IMG/VR virus record: IMGVR_UViG_3300031669_000004
Source of the DNA: an uncultured virus (IMG/VR IMGVR_UViG_3300031669_000004)
Lineage: Duplodnaviria; Heunggongvirae; Uroviricota; Caudoviricetes
Direction: 5' to 3' (one strand)
Length of the DNA stretch: 64,000 bases
This document shows positions 1 to 9,111 of this stretch, in pieces. The notes under the pieces are model-generated. The model did not search any database and was not told the origin of the DNA. It was given only the letters and a program-made list of their open reading frames with translations. The position numbers were made by a program, and so were the translations under genes. How positions within the stretch are numbered: the first letter of the stretch is position 1; the number at the start of each line of letters is the position of its first letter.

Positions 1-74
1 TTACGATAGGTAGTGAAGTAGGTTATGTAGGATACAATGCGTCTATAGGTATTGGTGTTAAACTACCACTATAG
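1..74 (+). CDS. 3' end of a small membrane-type protein gene, cut by the window edge; paralog of 104..427
   Basis: Frame from nt 3 reads TIGSEVGYVGYNASIGIGVKLPL* and aligns by eye with TIAIEVGYVAHNFSLGVQAKF* of the next ORF. Confidence 0.65.
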   Translation, partial: TIGSEVGYVGYNASIGIGVKLPL

Positions 75-80
75 TGTAGG

Positions 81-110
81 AACAACCATGGGAACATCTA
101 TGGTTGTTTT
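81..110 (+). terminator. Intrinsic terminator
   Basis: AACAACCAT...ATGGTTGTT inverted repeat running into a T tract just after the stop at 74. Confidence 0.6.
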
Positions 111-427
111 ATACCAATATATTTTTTAGCTATACCATTAAAAATGATACACCAACATTTCTAATTGTAATGATGCTGATTGATGCCTTGCAAACACACA
201 CCATTGCAGAGAATCCTGACCAATGGCACGAAGAAAATTCCTATCTTGGACTTCACCCAACCATCGGCGCAGTCAATCGTTACTTTCTGGTCGGCTCTAT
301 CCTGCATTTCGGCGTATCCAAACTGCTCAGTGAAAAATATCGCAAGCCGTTTCAGTACGGCACGATTGCGATTGAAGTTGGTTACGTGGCTCATAATTTT
401 TCTCTTGGGGTTCAGGCTAAGTTTTAA
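104..427 (+). CDS. Small hydrophobic protein, possibly a 5'-truncated paralog remnant
   Basis: Open frame ending GVQAKF; TTG start lies inside the upstream terminator with no clear RBS; similar to the gene end at 1..74. Confidence 0.45.
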   Translation: MFYTNIFFSYTIKNDTPTFLIVMMLIDALQTHTIAENPDQWHEENSYLGLHPTIGAVNRYFLVGSILHFGVSKLLSEKYRKPFQYGTIAIEVGYVAHNFSLGVQAKF

Positions 428-430
428 GAG

Positions 431-1876
431 TTATCCTGCATACTCTGGTGTTGTCATCACGCGATTGCCGGTACCGCTATCTGCTACTGCCGCAAATACC
501 GTTCCGTTCCATGCAATTGCGAGCCATTGATTGTCTGCTGCACTGGTCCTAATTGTCCAAGTGATTCCGTCAGGACTGGTCATCACGCGATTGCCGGTAC
601 CGCTATATGCTACTGCGGCAAATACCGTTCCATTCCATGCAATTCCATACCAGTTGTTATCTGCTGCACTGGTCCTAATTGTCCAAGTGATTCCATCTGG
701 TGAAGTCATCACCCGATTGCCGGTACCGGTATTTGCTACTGCCGCAAATACCGTTCCATTCCATGCAATTGCGAGCCATTGATTGTCTGCTGCACTGGTC
801 CTAATTGTCCAAGTGATTCCATCTGGTGAAGTCATCACCCGATTGCCGGTACCGCTATATGCTACTGCCGCAAATACCGTTCCATTCCATGCAATACCAT
901 TCCATTGATTGTCTGCTGCACTGGTCCTAATTGTCCAAGTGATTCCGTCAGGACTGGTCATCACCCGATTGCCCGTACCGCTATTTGCTACTGCCGCAAA
1001 TACCGTTCCATTCCATGCAATTCCATACCAGTTGTTATCTGCTGCACTGGTCCTAATTGTCCAAGTGATTCCATCTGGTGAAGTCATCACCCGATTGCCC
1101 GTTCCGCTGCTTGCTACTGCCGCAAATACCGTTCCATTCCATGCAATTCCATACCAGTTGTTATCTGCTGCACTGGTCCTAATTGTCCAAGTGATTCCAT
1201 CTGGTGAAGTCATCACCCGATTGCCGGTACCGCTATCTGCTACTGCCGCAAATACCGTTCCATTCCATGCAATTGCGGCCCAGTTATTATCTGCTGCACT
1301 GGTCCTACCTATCCACTTGTTGCCTTGGAGCATTCCGTTGGCTGTAGTGGCTGTAGTGGCTGTAGCCGCATTTCCTGTAGTACTAATTGCCCACGTTCCA
1401 GTCAAAGTACTAAAATACGACAGTAACGCGGCCTTCAAGCTAGCCCAAGTGAATTTTTTTAGCCCAAATGCGGCAGCACTATCAGAATACCCAAACTCAT
1501 CGGCATCGGCGGGACCAACCTTAACACCAGCATTATGTATAGTCGTAGCTATATCCCCCGCTACAATGGTATTGCTTTGAATTAGTCCTAGACTACCCGC
1601 AGTTATTCTACCCTGTACGTTAGCCCCAAGTGGGAAGGTTTGGGCTGCTGTACCTTCTTGAGCTCTAGCACCTACAATAAGATTATTACCAGTTTTACCA
1701 GGGGCAACTATCTGGACTATCTCTATAGAGGTCTGATACTGCAAGGTTACCAATGCAAAATCCGCACCAGTTAAGGTAGGAAAGGAGGTTGCATCAGCCA
1801 CAGGTATAGTGGTACTAGCTGTACCTATGGAGGCTGATAATACGGATTTAGCATTATTTGCGAAGATTTGAGCCAT
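431..1876 (-). CDS. Tail fibre / receptor-binding protein with a C-terminal repeat (beta-propeller-like) domain
   Basis: N-terminal ~100 aa similar to the adjacent fibre; seven 42-aa repeats with an Asp-box-like SPDGITW motif; distal end of the tail cluster. Confidence 0.75.
   Translation of the reverse strand: MAQIFANNAKSVLSASIGTASTTIPVADATSFPTLTGADFALVTLQYQTSIEIVQIVAPGKTGNNLIVGARAQEGTAAQTFPLGANVQGRITAGSLGLIQSNTIVAGDIATTIHNAGVKVGPADADEFGYSDSAAAFGLKKFTWASLKAALLSYFSTLTGTWAISTTGNAATATTATTANGMLQGNKWIGRTSAADNNWAAIAWNGTVFAAVADSGTGNRVMTSPDGITWTIRTSAADNNWYGIAWNGTVFAAVASSGTGNRVMTSPDGITWTIRTSAADNNWYGIAWNGTVFAAVANSGTGNRVMTSPDGITWTIRTSAADNQWNGIAWNGTVFAAVAYSGTGNRVMTSPDGITWTIRTSAADNQWLAIAWNGTVFAAVANTGTGNRVMTSPDGITWTIRTSAADNNWYGIAWNGTVFAAVAYSGTGNRVMTSPDGITWTIRTSAADNQWLAIAWNGTVFAAVADSGTGNRVMTTPEYAG
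452..1306 (-). repeat. Seven tandem 126-bp coding repeats (last one partial)
   Basis: TT(A/G)TCTGCTGCACTGGTCC recurs at 531, 657, 783, 909, 1035, 1161 and 1287 (period 126). Confidence 0.97.
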
Positions 1877-1894
1877 GGTTATTTATTCTTTCTT

Positions 1895-2884
1895 TTATAT
1901 TTTGACACATTTAATTAAGTACATACCAGCAGCTAGGTTGGCTGGGCCGCCGGTAAGTGGATTGGTTGTCTGAGCAGTAGTATTGGAGGTAAAACATTGC
2001 GTGCTACTTCCAGTTTGGGGAGCCGTATTAGTAGCTTCTTGGTATTGGTGAACGTGGTTCATAACTTGGCCTGGAGTCTCGGTGCCAGAGTTAGCCCCAC
2101 CATTACCTTGGACAGCGGCATACCCCATAGGGAACCAAGGTATAGTAAAATTACCTCCAGTAGCAGGACCCCACTTAGTACCAACTGTAGCATATAAAGC
2201 TGGATAAGTCGCCTGACTATATCCCTCAGCCGCAAGTTGCGTAGTAGGGCAAAGTAAATACCCTGTTGGCGCAGCACTACCAGCATGATCTATGACCGTA
2301 CCTGGCGGTACACCGTTAGCCGCCAATGCTACCGTAATGGTATTCTGAATCCAAGTAGCAAGGGCTGAGAAAGTAAGAGAATTAAGTAATCCAGAAACGC
2401 TGTCCCATATACCTATTTTGTCCAAACTGGCAGGGGTGGGTTTAGGAGTAGCTACACTTATCTTATACGCCACGTTACCTGCTACTATTTCTGCTGCCTC
2501 GGCCCTAGTAGTTTCAGCGTTCTCGGCACCTTCTGCCCTATTGGTCTCAGCTAAGGTCGCAGCTGCGGCGTTGTTTATTATACTATTTATAGTACCGGCG
2601 GTAAATCTAACCTCTACTCTGGAACCAGCTATAAAGGAGGTATTTGCGGTACCCTCTTGCCCTCTACCAGCAGGGTCAACAGTTAGGTTTCCACTACCAT
2701 CCTTACCTGGGGCTATAACTTTTACTATCTCAATGGTGTTCTGATATTGTAAAGTTACTAAATAATAGTCAGTCCCTGTAAGGTATGGAAATGAAGTTGG
2801 ATCTAGAACCGGTATTAAAGTGGCAGTAGAGGATATACCAGCCGATAGAGTGGACTGCGAATTATTTGTAAAAATTTGGCTCAT
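1895..2884 (-). CDS. Tail fibre protein with tail-collar domain
   Basis: PPGTVIDHAGSAAPTGYLLC...YPALYATVG collar-like motif and an HxH tip motif (NHVH). Confidence 0.8.
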   Translation of the reverse strand: MSQIFTNNSQSTLSAGISSTATLIPVLDPTSFPYLTGTDYYLVTLQYQNTIEIVKVIAPGKDGSGNLTVDPAGRGQEGTANTSFIAGSRVEVRFTAGTINSIINNAAAATLAETNRAEGAENAETTRAEAAEIVAGNVAYKISVATPKPTPASLDKIGIWDSVSGLLNSLTFSALATWIQNTITVALAANGVPPGTVIDHAGSAAPTGYLLCPTTQLAAEGYSQATYPALYATVGTKWGPATGGNFTIPWFPMGYAAVQGNGGANSGTETPGQVMNHVHQYQEATNTAPQTGSSTQCFTSNTTAQTTNPLTGGPANLAAGMYLIKCVKI

Positions 2885-3240
2885 AATATAGTGAAGACCT
2901 GTATTGAGTTGGCTTTAGCTTTATAAGCCGTACTTAGTAAATTTACCGAGTTTACTATAGCTGTAGTTATTGTTGAAGTTATAGTATCTAATGTAGCTAT
3001 TATAGTTACGCTTGAGGTTCTAACATACTTATTACCAAAGATCGGTATAGGGGTCCCGGAAAATACTTGCAGTCTGGATATTTCATCAAGATCACAAACC
3101 CCAACATACTGACCTAGGGTATTCGTAGCCGTATTTAAACTCACAAAGATTTCAGCAGGTAATGTCCCAGCTTGCATTGTGGCAGTTATCTCCCAATGGT
3201 CGTTTACCAGGGCTGTATTTATGGTTAGTGTGTTAGACAT
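2881..3240 (-). CDS. Hypothetical virion protein
   Basis: 119-aa ORF overlapping the fibre start; preceded by TTAAAATA. Confidence 0.6.
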   Translation of the reverse strand: MSNTLTINTALVNDHWEITATMQAGTLPAEIFVSLNTATNTLGQYVGVCDLDEISRLQVFSGTPIPIFGNKYVRTSSVTIIATLDTITSTITTAIVNSVNLLSTAYKAKANSIQVFTIL

Positions 3241-3261
3241 TATCTTCTATATTTTAAGGTA

Positions 3262-4998
3262 TTATACTACAGTTCCAGCCAAAGTTACATTATTGACAGC
3301 GGTTAGTTGGACCGTGATACCGGCAGTGTCAGGTACATATGAAAATATTGGGAATGTATTTTTTGGCTTAAGTTCTAGTAATAGCTGAGTTATATCTTCG
3401 AATTGTTGAGCAGCAATAAATTGGCTAATAGTTACGTTGACTTTCACCAAGAAAGTATTATACCTCAAATAGTTGATCATTATCCAGTCAGCATAATCAT
3501 CTATAGTGTATGGAGTTAATCCCTCCTCACCATTGATCTCATTCTCATCTATACCATTACCAATACCTTCTAGTGTTGCACCAGAGGTTACTGATAGTAA
3601 CCCCCCAACTGATCTAGAAAACCCAGTAGGAACTATAGGCATCAATTCAGCAGGTATACTAACTGGGAAATCCCTCCACCACGCTCCGTAACTATAGTAG
3701 TCGGCTAGCTCAACCCATTTAGCCAGCTCATCTCCAACTTTTATAACCTGCCCTACGGCAACAGAAGGAGATAAGCCAGAAGGTATCACGTATGAATTTA
3801 AATCAGTGATAACTATAAATTGATCCAATCCGAGGTATGGACGTATGACCAGCACGGTCTCATCGTTCCTGGCTAGTGGTACACCTAGGCATAAATTAAT
3901 ACCTTTTTCTATTATAGATAATGTAGGACCACTGGTGTACATGTAGTACAACCCATATAAAAAGTTTCTATATGACTCATTCGATATAGCTGGTTTAGTT
4001 AATCCTAATAGTAAAGGGTATTGGCTATAAATTAGATCTTCATCGTAGGTAACATCTACGAACCAAAGAGGGTATTCAATACTATGAGTAACAGCGGTTG
4101 TGGAAGTAACCTCATTCATCTCCGCAGTAGCTATAGCCGTAGTAGTACCTACTTCTCCATCACCTTCACCATCACCTATACTATAAGTAGTAGTATTTAT
4201 TATAGGACCTACTCTACTTGGAAATCCATACGAGCTTAAAGGTTGAGCAAAGGATATACGTGCTGAATCAGGGTTTATAAAGTAGTCGACATTTTCCTCT
4301 AAGACTATAGTGGGCAAAAACGCACGATTGGCTATGAATCTAGTAGTGTTAATATTATCTGGCAGTTGATACGTTTCCACTCCGATATTAACGACGCTTA
4401 CAGACCCCCCACCTACATACTGTTGGGTGGCGGAAGGTTGATAATAAGTTATGTGCCCATCAGCAGTTATGTTGGTTATAGTGAAAGTTCCATTCCAGGA
4501 TACCCCACCTGCCTGATAAGCATTACCACCGGCATCTATAGGATATTCATCTATACCATATCCTAGATCATAGTAGGTAGTACTTATAACGTTATTTATA
4601 GAAATAGTGTCGCCTACAGAAAATCCTTCTGGACGGTCAACTTTTATGGTTGAGAACCCTCCTACTCCTCCGGCCCCACTAGTCCAGGTAGCCGATACTA
4701 TTGGGATATTAGTAGGTAGATTTAAGGCAGAACTTATTATCTCCAACTTCAATTGGTTTTTAGCGGAGGGATCTATATCAGCTATAGATATACCGGTACA
4801 CAACTGCAGGAAATTACTGTATATATCTGAAGCTTGTACTGACGTAGCTTCTAAAAGTAGATTAGTAGTGGAAGTATCTTGAAACATATACTGCCAAAAA
4901 TCAGATAACCCATATAAATAAGTAAAGGATTGATTGGCATTACCTAGGTTCAATCCTTTAGAATATGTGAAATCAGATATATTTAGATTGTCAGACAT
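3262..4998 (-). CDS. Baseplate wedge-type protein
   Basis: Follows the baseplate J-like gene; YRNFLYGLYYMYTSGPT and ELKPKNT segments fit wedge subunits (inference). Confidence 0.55.
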   Translation of the reverse strand: MSDNLNISDFTYSKGLNLGNANQSFTYLYGLSDFWQYMFQDTSTTNLLLEATSVQASDIYSNFLQLCTGISIADIDPSAKNQLKLEIISSALNLPTNIPIVSATWTSGAGGVGGFSTIKVDRPEGFSVGDTISINNVISTTYYDLGYGIDEYPIDAGGNAYQAGGVSWNGTFTITNITADGHITYYQPSATQQYVGGGSVSVVNIGVETYQLPDNINTTRFIANRAFLPTIVLEENVDYFINPDSARISFAQPLSSYGFPSRVGPIINTTTYSIGDGEGDGEVGTTTAIATAEMNEVTSTTAVTHSIEYPLWFVDVTYDEDLIYSQYPLLLGLTKPAISNESYRNFLYGLYYMYTSGPTLSIIEKGINLCLGVPLARNDETVLVIRPYLGLDQFIVITDLNSYVIPSGLSPSVAVGQVIKVGDELAKWVELADYYSYGAWWRDFPVSIPAELMPIVPTGFSRSVGGLLSVTSGATLEGIGNGIDENEINGEEGLTPYTIDDYADWIMINYLRYNTFLVKVNVTISQFIAAQQFEDITQLLLELKPKNTFPIFSYVPDTAGITVQLTAVNNVTLAGTVV

Positions 4999-4999
4999 A

Positions 5000-6970
5000 T
5001 TATATTGCGCTCACAGAAGTGACCAGTGAATTTAATTTGAATATGGCGGTACTATCGTTAGGTACTAATACATCGGTTATACTACCAGTAGTAGGACTAA
5101 ATAAATCCTTCCAGTATTTGGTGTACCCTATTTGTAGAGGTGTTTGTATAGTAGTAATCCCCGCAGCGTATAGCTCCGATAAAAGATCGGCCATGATAAA
5201 AGCTTGCCCTGGGGCTAACGAGGCCAAATAGGTTTGTACTACAGTAGACGCCGTCTGTTGACTAGGGGCCGTTATACCGTACCCTACAATTGACACATCT
5301 AGCATTATCAAATTAAATCCTCTGGCCAACGGGTCAGCACATAACACCTTATTGGCTGGATCTACTAGATAGGTTTGTATCCCATCTAGTCCTTGTATGT
5401 AAGAAATATTTAAACTCACGCTTTGACTAGCCCACATAGCCTGGGCAGTAGCAGTAGTGTACGTTATAGTTCCTGGTGAGGAAGTGCTATTAAAAGTATA
5501 CTGGAAGGTATTCGTCGTCACGCTACTAATTGGATAATTACCGTTGCCGGCCGATAATCCAGTTATAGTTATTATATTACCTAATGAATACCCGTGACCC
5601 GGCACCGTCACAGTGACCACTGTGGTATACGTACCTGTAGTAACTGAGGATACAGCTGTGACGGATTTTACTGGCCCGGCAAAATTCAGATCTAATATTT
5701 GTCTAGGGGAAAATCCAACTTCATTTGGTCTGCTAACTCTTTGTAGATTAAATATACCAGTAGCCGGGGTTACAGGTGTCCCAGCAACAACATAAGTAAA
5801 TGAGGAGTCACTTAATACTGAGGCTACTTGGAAGGTGCCATTATAAGCCGATTGATCAGCCCCAGACATTATAAATCTCTCACCCACGCTTAGCCCATGT
5901 TGGGCGTAGGTTACTGTAGCCACTCCAGCGGAACTAGTCAAAGCAGTTGGTAACACTGAATCTAGATAGTTATTCGTGGAAGTGTACGGTGTCCCAACCA
6001 GTATAGTATCTGCGTTAGGGCCACCAGCTGTACCCGATATAGCTGTTTTATAGATCGGCCCTGTAAGTTGCAGCTTACCCGTAGTGTCAGTGGTAAATTG
6101 TACTAGTGAGGAAGTTAACGGGGTGTTGCAGTATATGTCCATAGCCGATCCTATATGTATCCATATAGGGTATGGCACAATACTTGGTGCAACCTCAACA
6201 GCGTCTCTTATCATACTTGTATCCCCCATACCAATAGAGGTTATTTGGGAAATTATAGGAAATGCAGACGTAAGGTTACTGGTTATAGAGGGTGTATTTA
6301 TAAGGTTTCTAGTAGATATACTGGTACTAGCCCTGGATATAAACTGTGTATTGGTCTCTACGTTATTAGCCGTAGAACTAAGATAGTTTATTTCCGCATG
6401 TAAAAAATAAGGATTAAAGTTTGAGAAATATATTAAGGAGCCGCTTGATAGATTATATGATGTACCTGCTGCTGCTGCCACTAGGTTTACCGACAGGTAG
6501 TATTGACCAGATGATGGATCAAATACTAGCTGGCTAGCAGGATAAGTGGCAGATGTAATAGGATAGTACATTAAAACGTTATCTGGGGAAAAGTACAAAT
6601 CAGTAGAAAGAGTAACACTCAATGCCTTGGCAAAGTATAATCTGACGTTAATCACGGCATTAGCCCCAGCGTACCTGGTCATAAAGAAGTTAGATAACAT
6701 CTTATCCACGAATACTGTAGGGGTAGAATCGGTTACATTGGTCAAGGAATTCTGTGTCCAGTAATAAACTAAAGCCTTGTTTATAGTAGCCAGCAGAGTG
6801 GCGTTGGGACGCACAGCTAGATCACGTATGGCTGTTCCAGTACGTAAGTCTAAGGTTGGGTCTTGGGCAGCTAATACTTGGGTTAGAAGTAGTTCCGCTT
6901 GGAGAATATCCGATGAGGTTACTTGTATCCCACTTATTACTGATAATAGGTCGATGCTTGAGGTTGCCAT
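5000..6970 (-). CDS. Baseplate wedge subunit (baseplate J / T4 gp6-like)
   Basis: DLRTGTAIRDLAVRP N-terminus, AAAAGTSYNL and ETNTQFISRA segments typical of baseplate J; next to a gp25-like gene. Confidence 0.75.
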   Translation of the reverse strand: MATSSIDLLSVISGIQVTSSDILQAELLLTQVLAAQDPTLDLRTGTAIRDLAVRPNATLLATINKALVYYWTQNSLTNVTDSTPTVFVDKMLSNFFMTRYAGANAVINVRLYFAKALSVTLSTDLYFSPDNVLMYYPITSATYPASQLVFDPSSGQYYLSVNLVAAAAGTSYNLSSGSLIYFSNFNPYFLHAEINYLSSTANNVETNTQFISRASTSISTRNLINTPSITSNLTSAFPIISQITSIGMGDTSMIRDAVEVAPSIVPYPIWIHIGSAMDIYCNTPLTSSLVQFTTDTTGKLQLTGPIYKTAISGTAGGPNADTILVGTPYTSTNNYLDSVLPTALTSSAGVATVTYAQHGLSVGERFIMSGADQSAYNGTFQVASVLSDSSFTYVVAGTPVTPATGIFNLQRVSRPNEVGFSPRQILDLNFAGPVKSVTAVSSVTTGTYTTVVTVTVPGHGYSLGNIITITGLSAGNGNYPISSVTTNTFQYTFNSTSSPGTITYTTATAQAMWASQSVSLNISYIQGLDGIQTYLVDPANKVLCADPLARGFNLIMLDVSIVGYGITAPSQQTASTVVQTYLASLAPGQAFIMADLLSELYAAGITTIQTPLQIGYTKYWKDLFSPTTGSITDVLVPNDSTAIFKLNSLVTSVSAI

Positions 6971-6973
6971 AAA

Positions 6974-7489
6974 TTACCCTTGATATACCGGCATCGATAA
7001 CAACGGAGCCGGTAGAGATATACTTCCAGTCTCGCCTGCCATTGTGACCAAGCTTAATCCTAGGGAAAAACTATCGTCAGTTGGTGAAGAGATGCTGGTT
7101 ATTGTAACAGAACTTAGCTTGCTGGCCAAGTCATTAGTGGAATCGTTTAGTAGAACTTTACACTGTGTAGCAGCACTATTAACCGCAGTAGTTACCTGTG
7201 ATATTAATTCCTGAGAATTTAATGTACTATTAGATCCTACTATTAAGTTAGGTAAGCTGGTGCCAAAGGCTGGATTAATAACATCAGAGCCTTGAGTAGT
7301 GAATAACACTTTCAAAAAATATTGGGCACATTTCTGTATACCTGTTATTTTAGTCGGAGTAGGTTTGGAAAATTCAAATGTTAGCCCCCCTACTGGAAAT
7401 TCCGGAGTGTTAACTAGAAGCACGTCGTAAGTAGCCCCAGTAGGTAGGTTAACTGATATACCTAATCGCGTTACATTAAAAGTGCTCAT
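6974..7489 (-). CDS. Baseplate gp25/W-like sheath initiator
   Basis: ITGIQKCAQYFLKVLFTTQGSDVINPAFGTSL resembles the gp25 family core; size and position fit. Confidence 0.7.
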   Translation of the reverse strand: MSTFNVTRLGISVNLPTGATYDVLLVNTPEFPVGGLTFEFSKPTPTKITGIQKCAQYFLKVLFTTQGSDVINPAFGTSLPNLIVGSNSTLNSQELISQVTTAVNSAATQCKVLLNDSTNDLASKLSSVTITSISSPTDDSFSLGLSLVTMAGETGSISLPAPLLSMPVYQG

Positions 7490-7890
7490 TATATTGTTAT
7501 CCCTTGATCAGGGCTAGAACCTGTTATATAAGAAATAGCCTTAGCCGATTCCCCGGCATTGAATGCTTGATCTAGTACTTTCTGTCCATCATCCATTACG
7601 TAGTAAGTTGCTTTATTATAGGAAAGTATTTCTGCATTTCTTTGTATTGCGTTTACTTCGTAAACAAAATCTGTTAATGCCCCAAAGGCACTACCGTGCC
7701 CAGACCAACTTGCATCTAATGCCAAGGAGGCGGCGGCGTCATTGCTTAGTGTGGATATAACATCTGATATGTGCAGGCAGGTAGGGGATAAATTGCTTAA
7801 GTAGTTAGATACGCTTGTATCGTAAGTAGTCAAGAATGTGGCTAATGCGTTAATCTCTGATTTCAAGGCCGCTAATCTAGTGGCATCCAT
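7489..7890 (-). CDS. Hypothetical protein
   Basis: 133-aa ORF tightly packed in the operon. Confidence 0.6.
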   Translation of the reverse strand: MDATRLAALKSEINALATFLTTYDTSVSNYLSNLSPTCLHISDVISTLSNDAAASLALDASWSGHGSAFGALTDFVYEVNAIQRNAEILSYNKATYYVMDDGQKVLDQAFNAGESAKAISYITGSSPDQGITI

Positions 7891-8143
7891 TTGATTTATC
7901 CTTGGCTTTTAATTCTTGTTCTTGTTGTGCAGCTACAGCCTGTATTATGTAGGTAAGGGAATTCTCTGTTTGAGATGCATCCTGCTTTATTTTTTCCTGT
8001 GCAGCAACCGCAGCGGTATGAGTTTGATACCAAGTAGGTAAGGCTCCGATGCCTATCATAACGACACGCATGACCCATTTAGCCACCATTCCTGAGGCTA
8101 GATCTTCTACACTGGAAAAGATACGTTTGAAAAAGTCTTTCAT
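7877..8143 (-). CDS. Small membrane protein with a coiled-coil tail (possible lysis accessory)
   Basis: One hydrophobic segment (WVMRVVMIGIGALP) followed by a Q/E/K-rich helix. Confidence 0.5.
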   Translation of the reverse strand: MKDFFKRIFSSVEDLASGMVAKWVMRVVMIGIGALPTWYQTHTAAVAAQEKIKQDASQTENSLTYIIQAVAAQQEQELKAKDKSNGCH

Positions 8144-8145
8144 AA

Positions 8146-8877
8146 TTAGTACATACTTATCTCTGTTTTCATTGCCTGTATCTTATCTTTCAACTTACTC
8201 TTCATATAATTCCATCTACTTAGATTAACTCCTAGATGATCCGCAGCGGCTTGAGCAGACATATTAGGAGAATCAAGGAGTATAAATTTCTCCTGCTCAT
8301 TTAAGTTATTAAGTATATGATCTAGCAAGAATTTGTTTTCATTAAACTGGGTTACTTCACTTGGCCTTTGGCTCACCGATTCAACTAGGTCGTCATATAG
8401 CGAACCTTTGAATCTTACTACTAACGGCTTACTCCAACCTAACTGCTTAGCTATTTCATCATCAGTTGGTTCCCGCCCTAGAACTTCTTGTAAATGTGAT
8501 ACGGCACTTTGAAAGTTGGAATACTGAAGCTGCAGGTTCTCTGGCAGCCTGGCACTGTTCTGAAATTTGTAATTAAGTCGTCTTATTTTGGGCAGGTAAT
8601 TAAGTACGTGAGTGGATAAACTAGCACCCTTAGTTGGATCGTAGCTTTCAATAGCTTTGTAGGTCCATTTTTTAGCCTCGGCCGATAACGCAGACTTTGG
8701 CAACGTACCGGAGACACGTTCCACCTGTGAGTAGATAACAGGGTGTAACTGTTTCATTAGTAAACCTAATGATTGGGAATCACCGTTCTGCTTCCAATTA
8801 TTGAATGCTTCAATATCCTTTTGTTTGGCTTCAGAGATATTGAATACAGGTTTTGGGGGAGTTATAGGATTAGCCAT
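8146..8877 (-). CDS. Sigma-70 family RNA polymerase sigma factor (group 3 / FliA-like size)
   Basis: Region 2 AIESYDPTKGASLSTHV, region 3 LGREPTDDEIAKQLG, region 4 LNEQEKFIL...AADHLGVN. Confidence 0.85.
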   Translation of the reverse strand: MANPITPPKPVFNISEAKQKDIEAFNNWKQNGDSQSLGLLMKQLHPVIYSQVERVSGTLPKSALSAEAKKWTYKAIESYDPTKGASLSTHVLNYLPKIRRLNYKFQNSARLPENLQLQYSNFQSAVSHLQEVLGREPTDDEIAKQLGWSKPLVVRFKGSLYDDLVESVSQRPSEVTQFNENKFLLDHILNNLNEQEKFILLDSPNMSAQAAADHLGVNLSRWNYMKSKLKDKIQAMKTEISMY

Positions 8878-9103
8878 ATAGTGGGTAGTAGCTAGATATA
8901 GAGGCTACGTAGTTTATCATGTAAATTTGTAATTTCTGGGAGAAGCGATGGTTGGCAAAACACTTTATAGCCTCGGAGTTATCTGATAATAAACCCTGTC
9001 TTATAATGCTTTCGGGCACCATTAGACCTAGCACGTTGGCTGAAGGCACCGTTTGAAAGGTAAAATTATTTTGGATATTTGGAAGGGTTAGAGGGTTTGT
9101 CAT
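8870..9103 (-). CDS. Hypothetical protein
   Basis: 77-aa ORF filling the gap between two operon genes. Confidence 0.55.
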   Translation of the reverse strand: MTNPLTLPNIQNNFTFQTVPSANVLGLMVPESIIRQGLLSDNSEAIKCFANHRFSQKLQIYMINYVASISSYYPLYG

Positions 9104-9111
9104 TATATGCC

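Noticed and set aside
452..1306. CRISPR array or non-coding repeat array
   Set aside because: The 126-bp repeats are contiguous and in frame, with no unique spacers and no cas genes.
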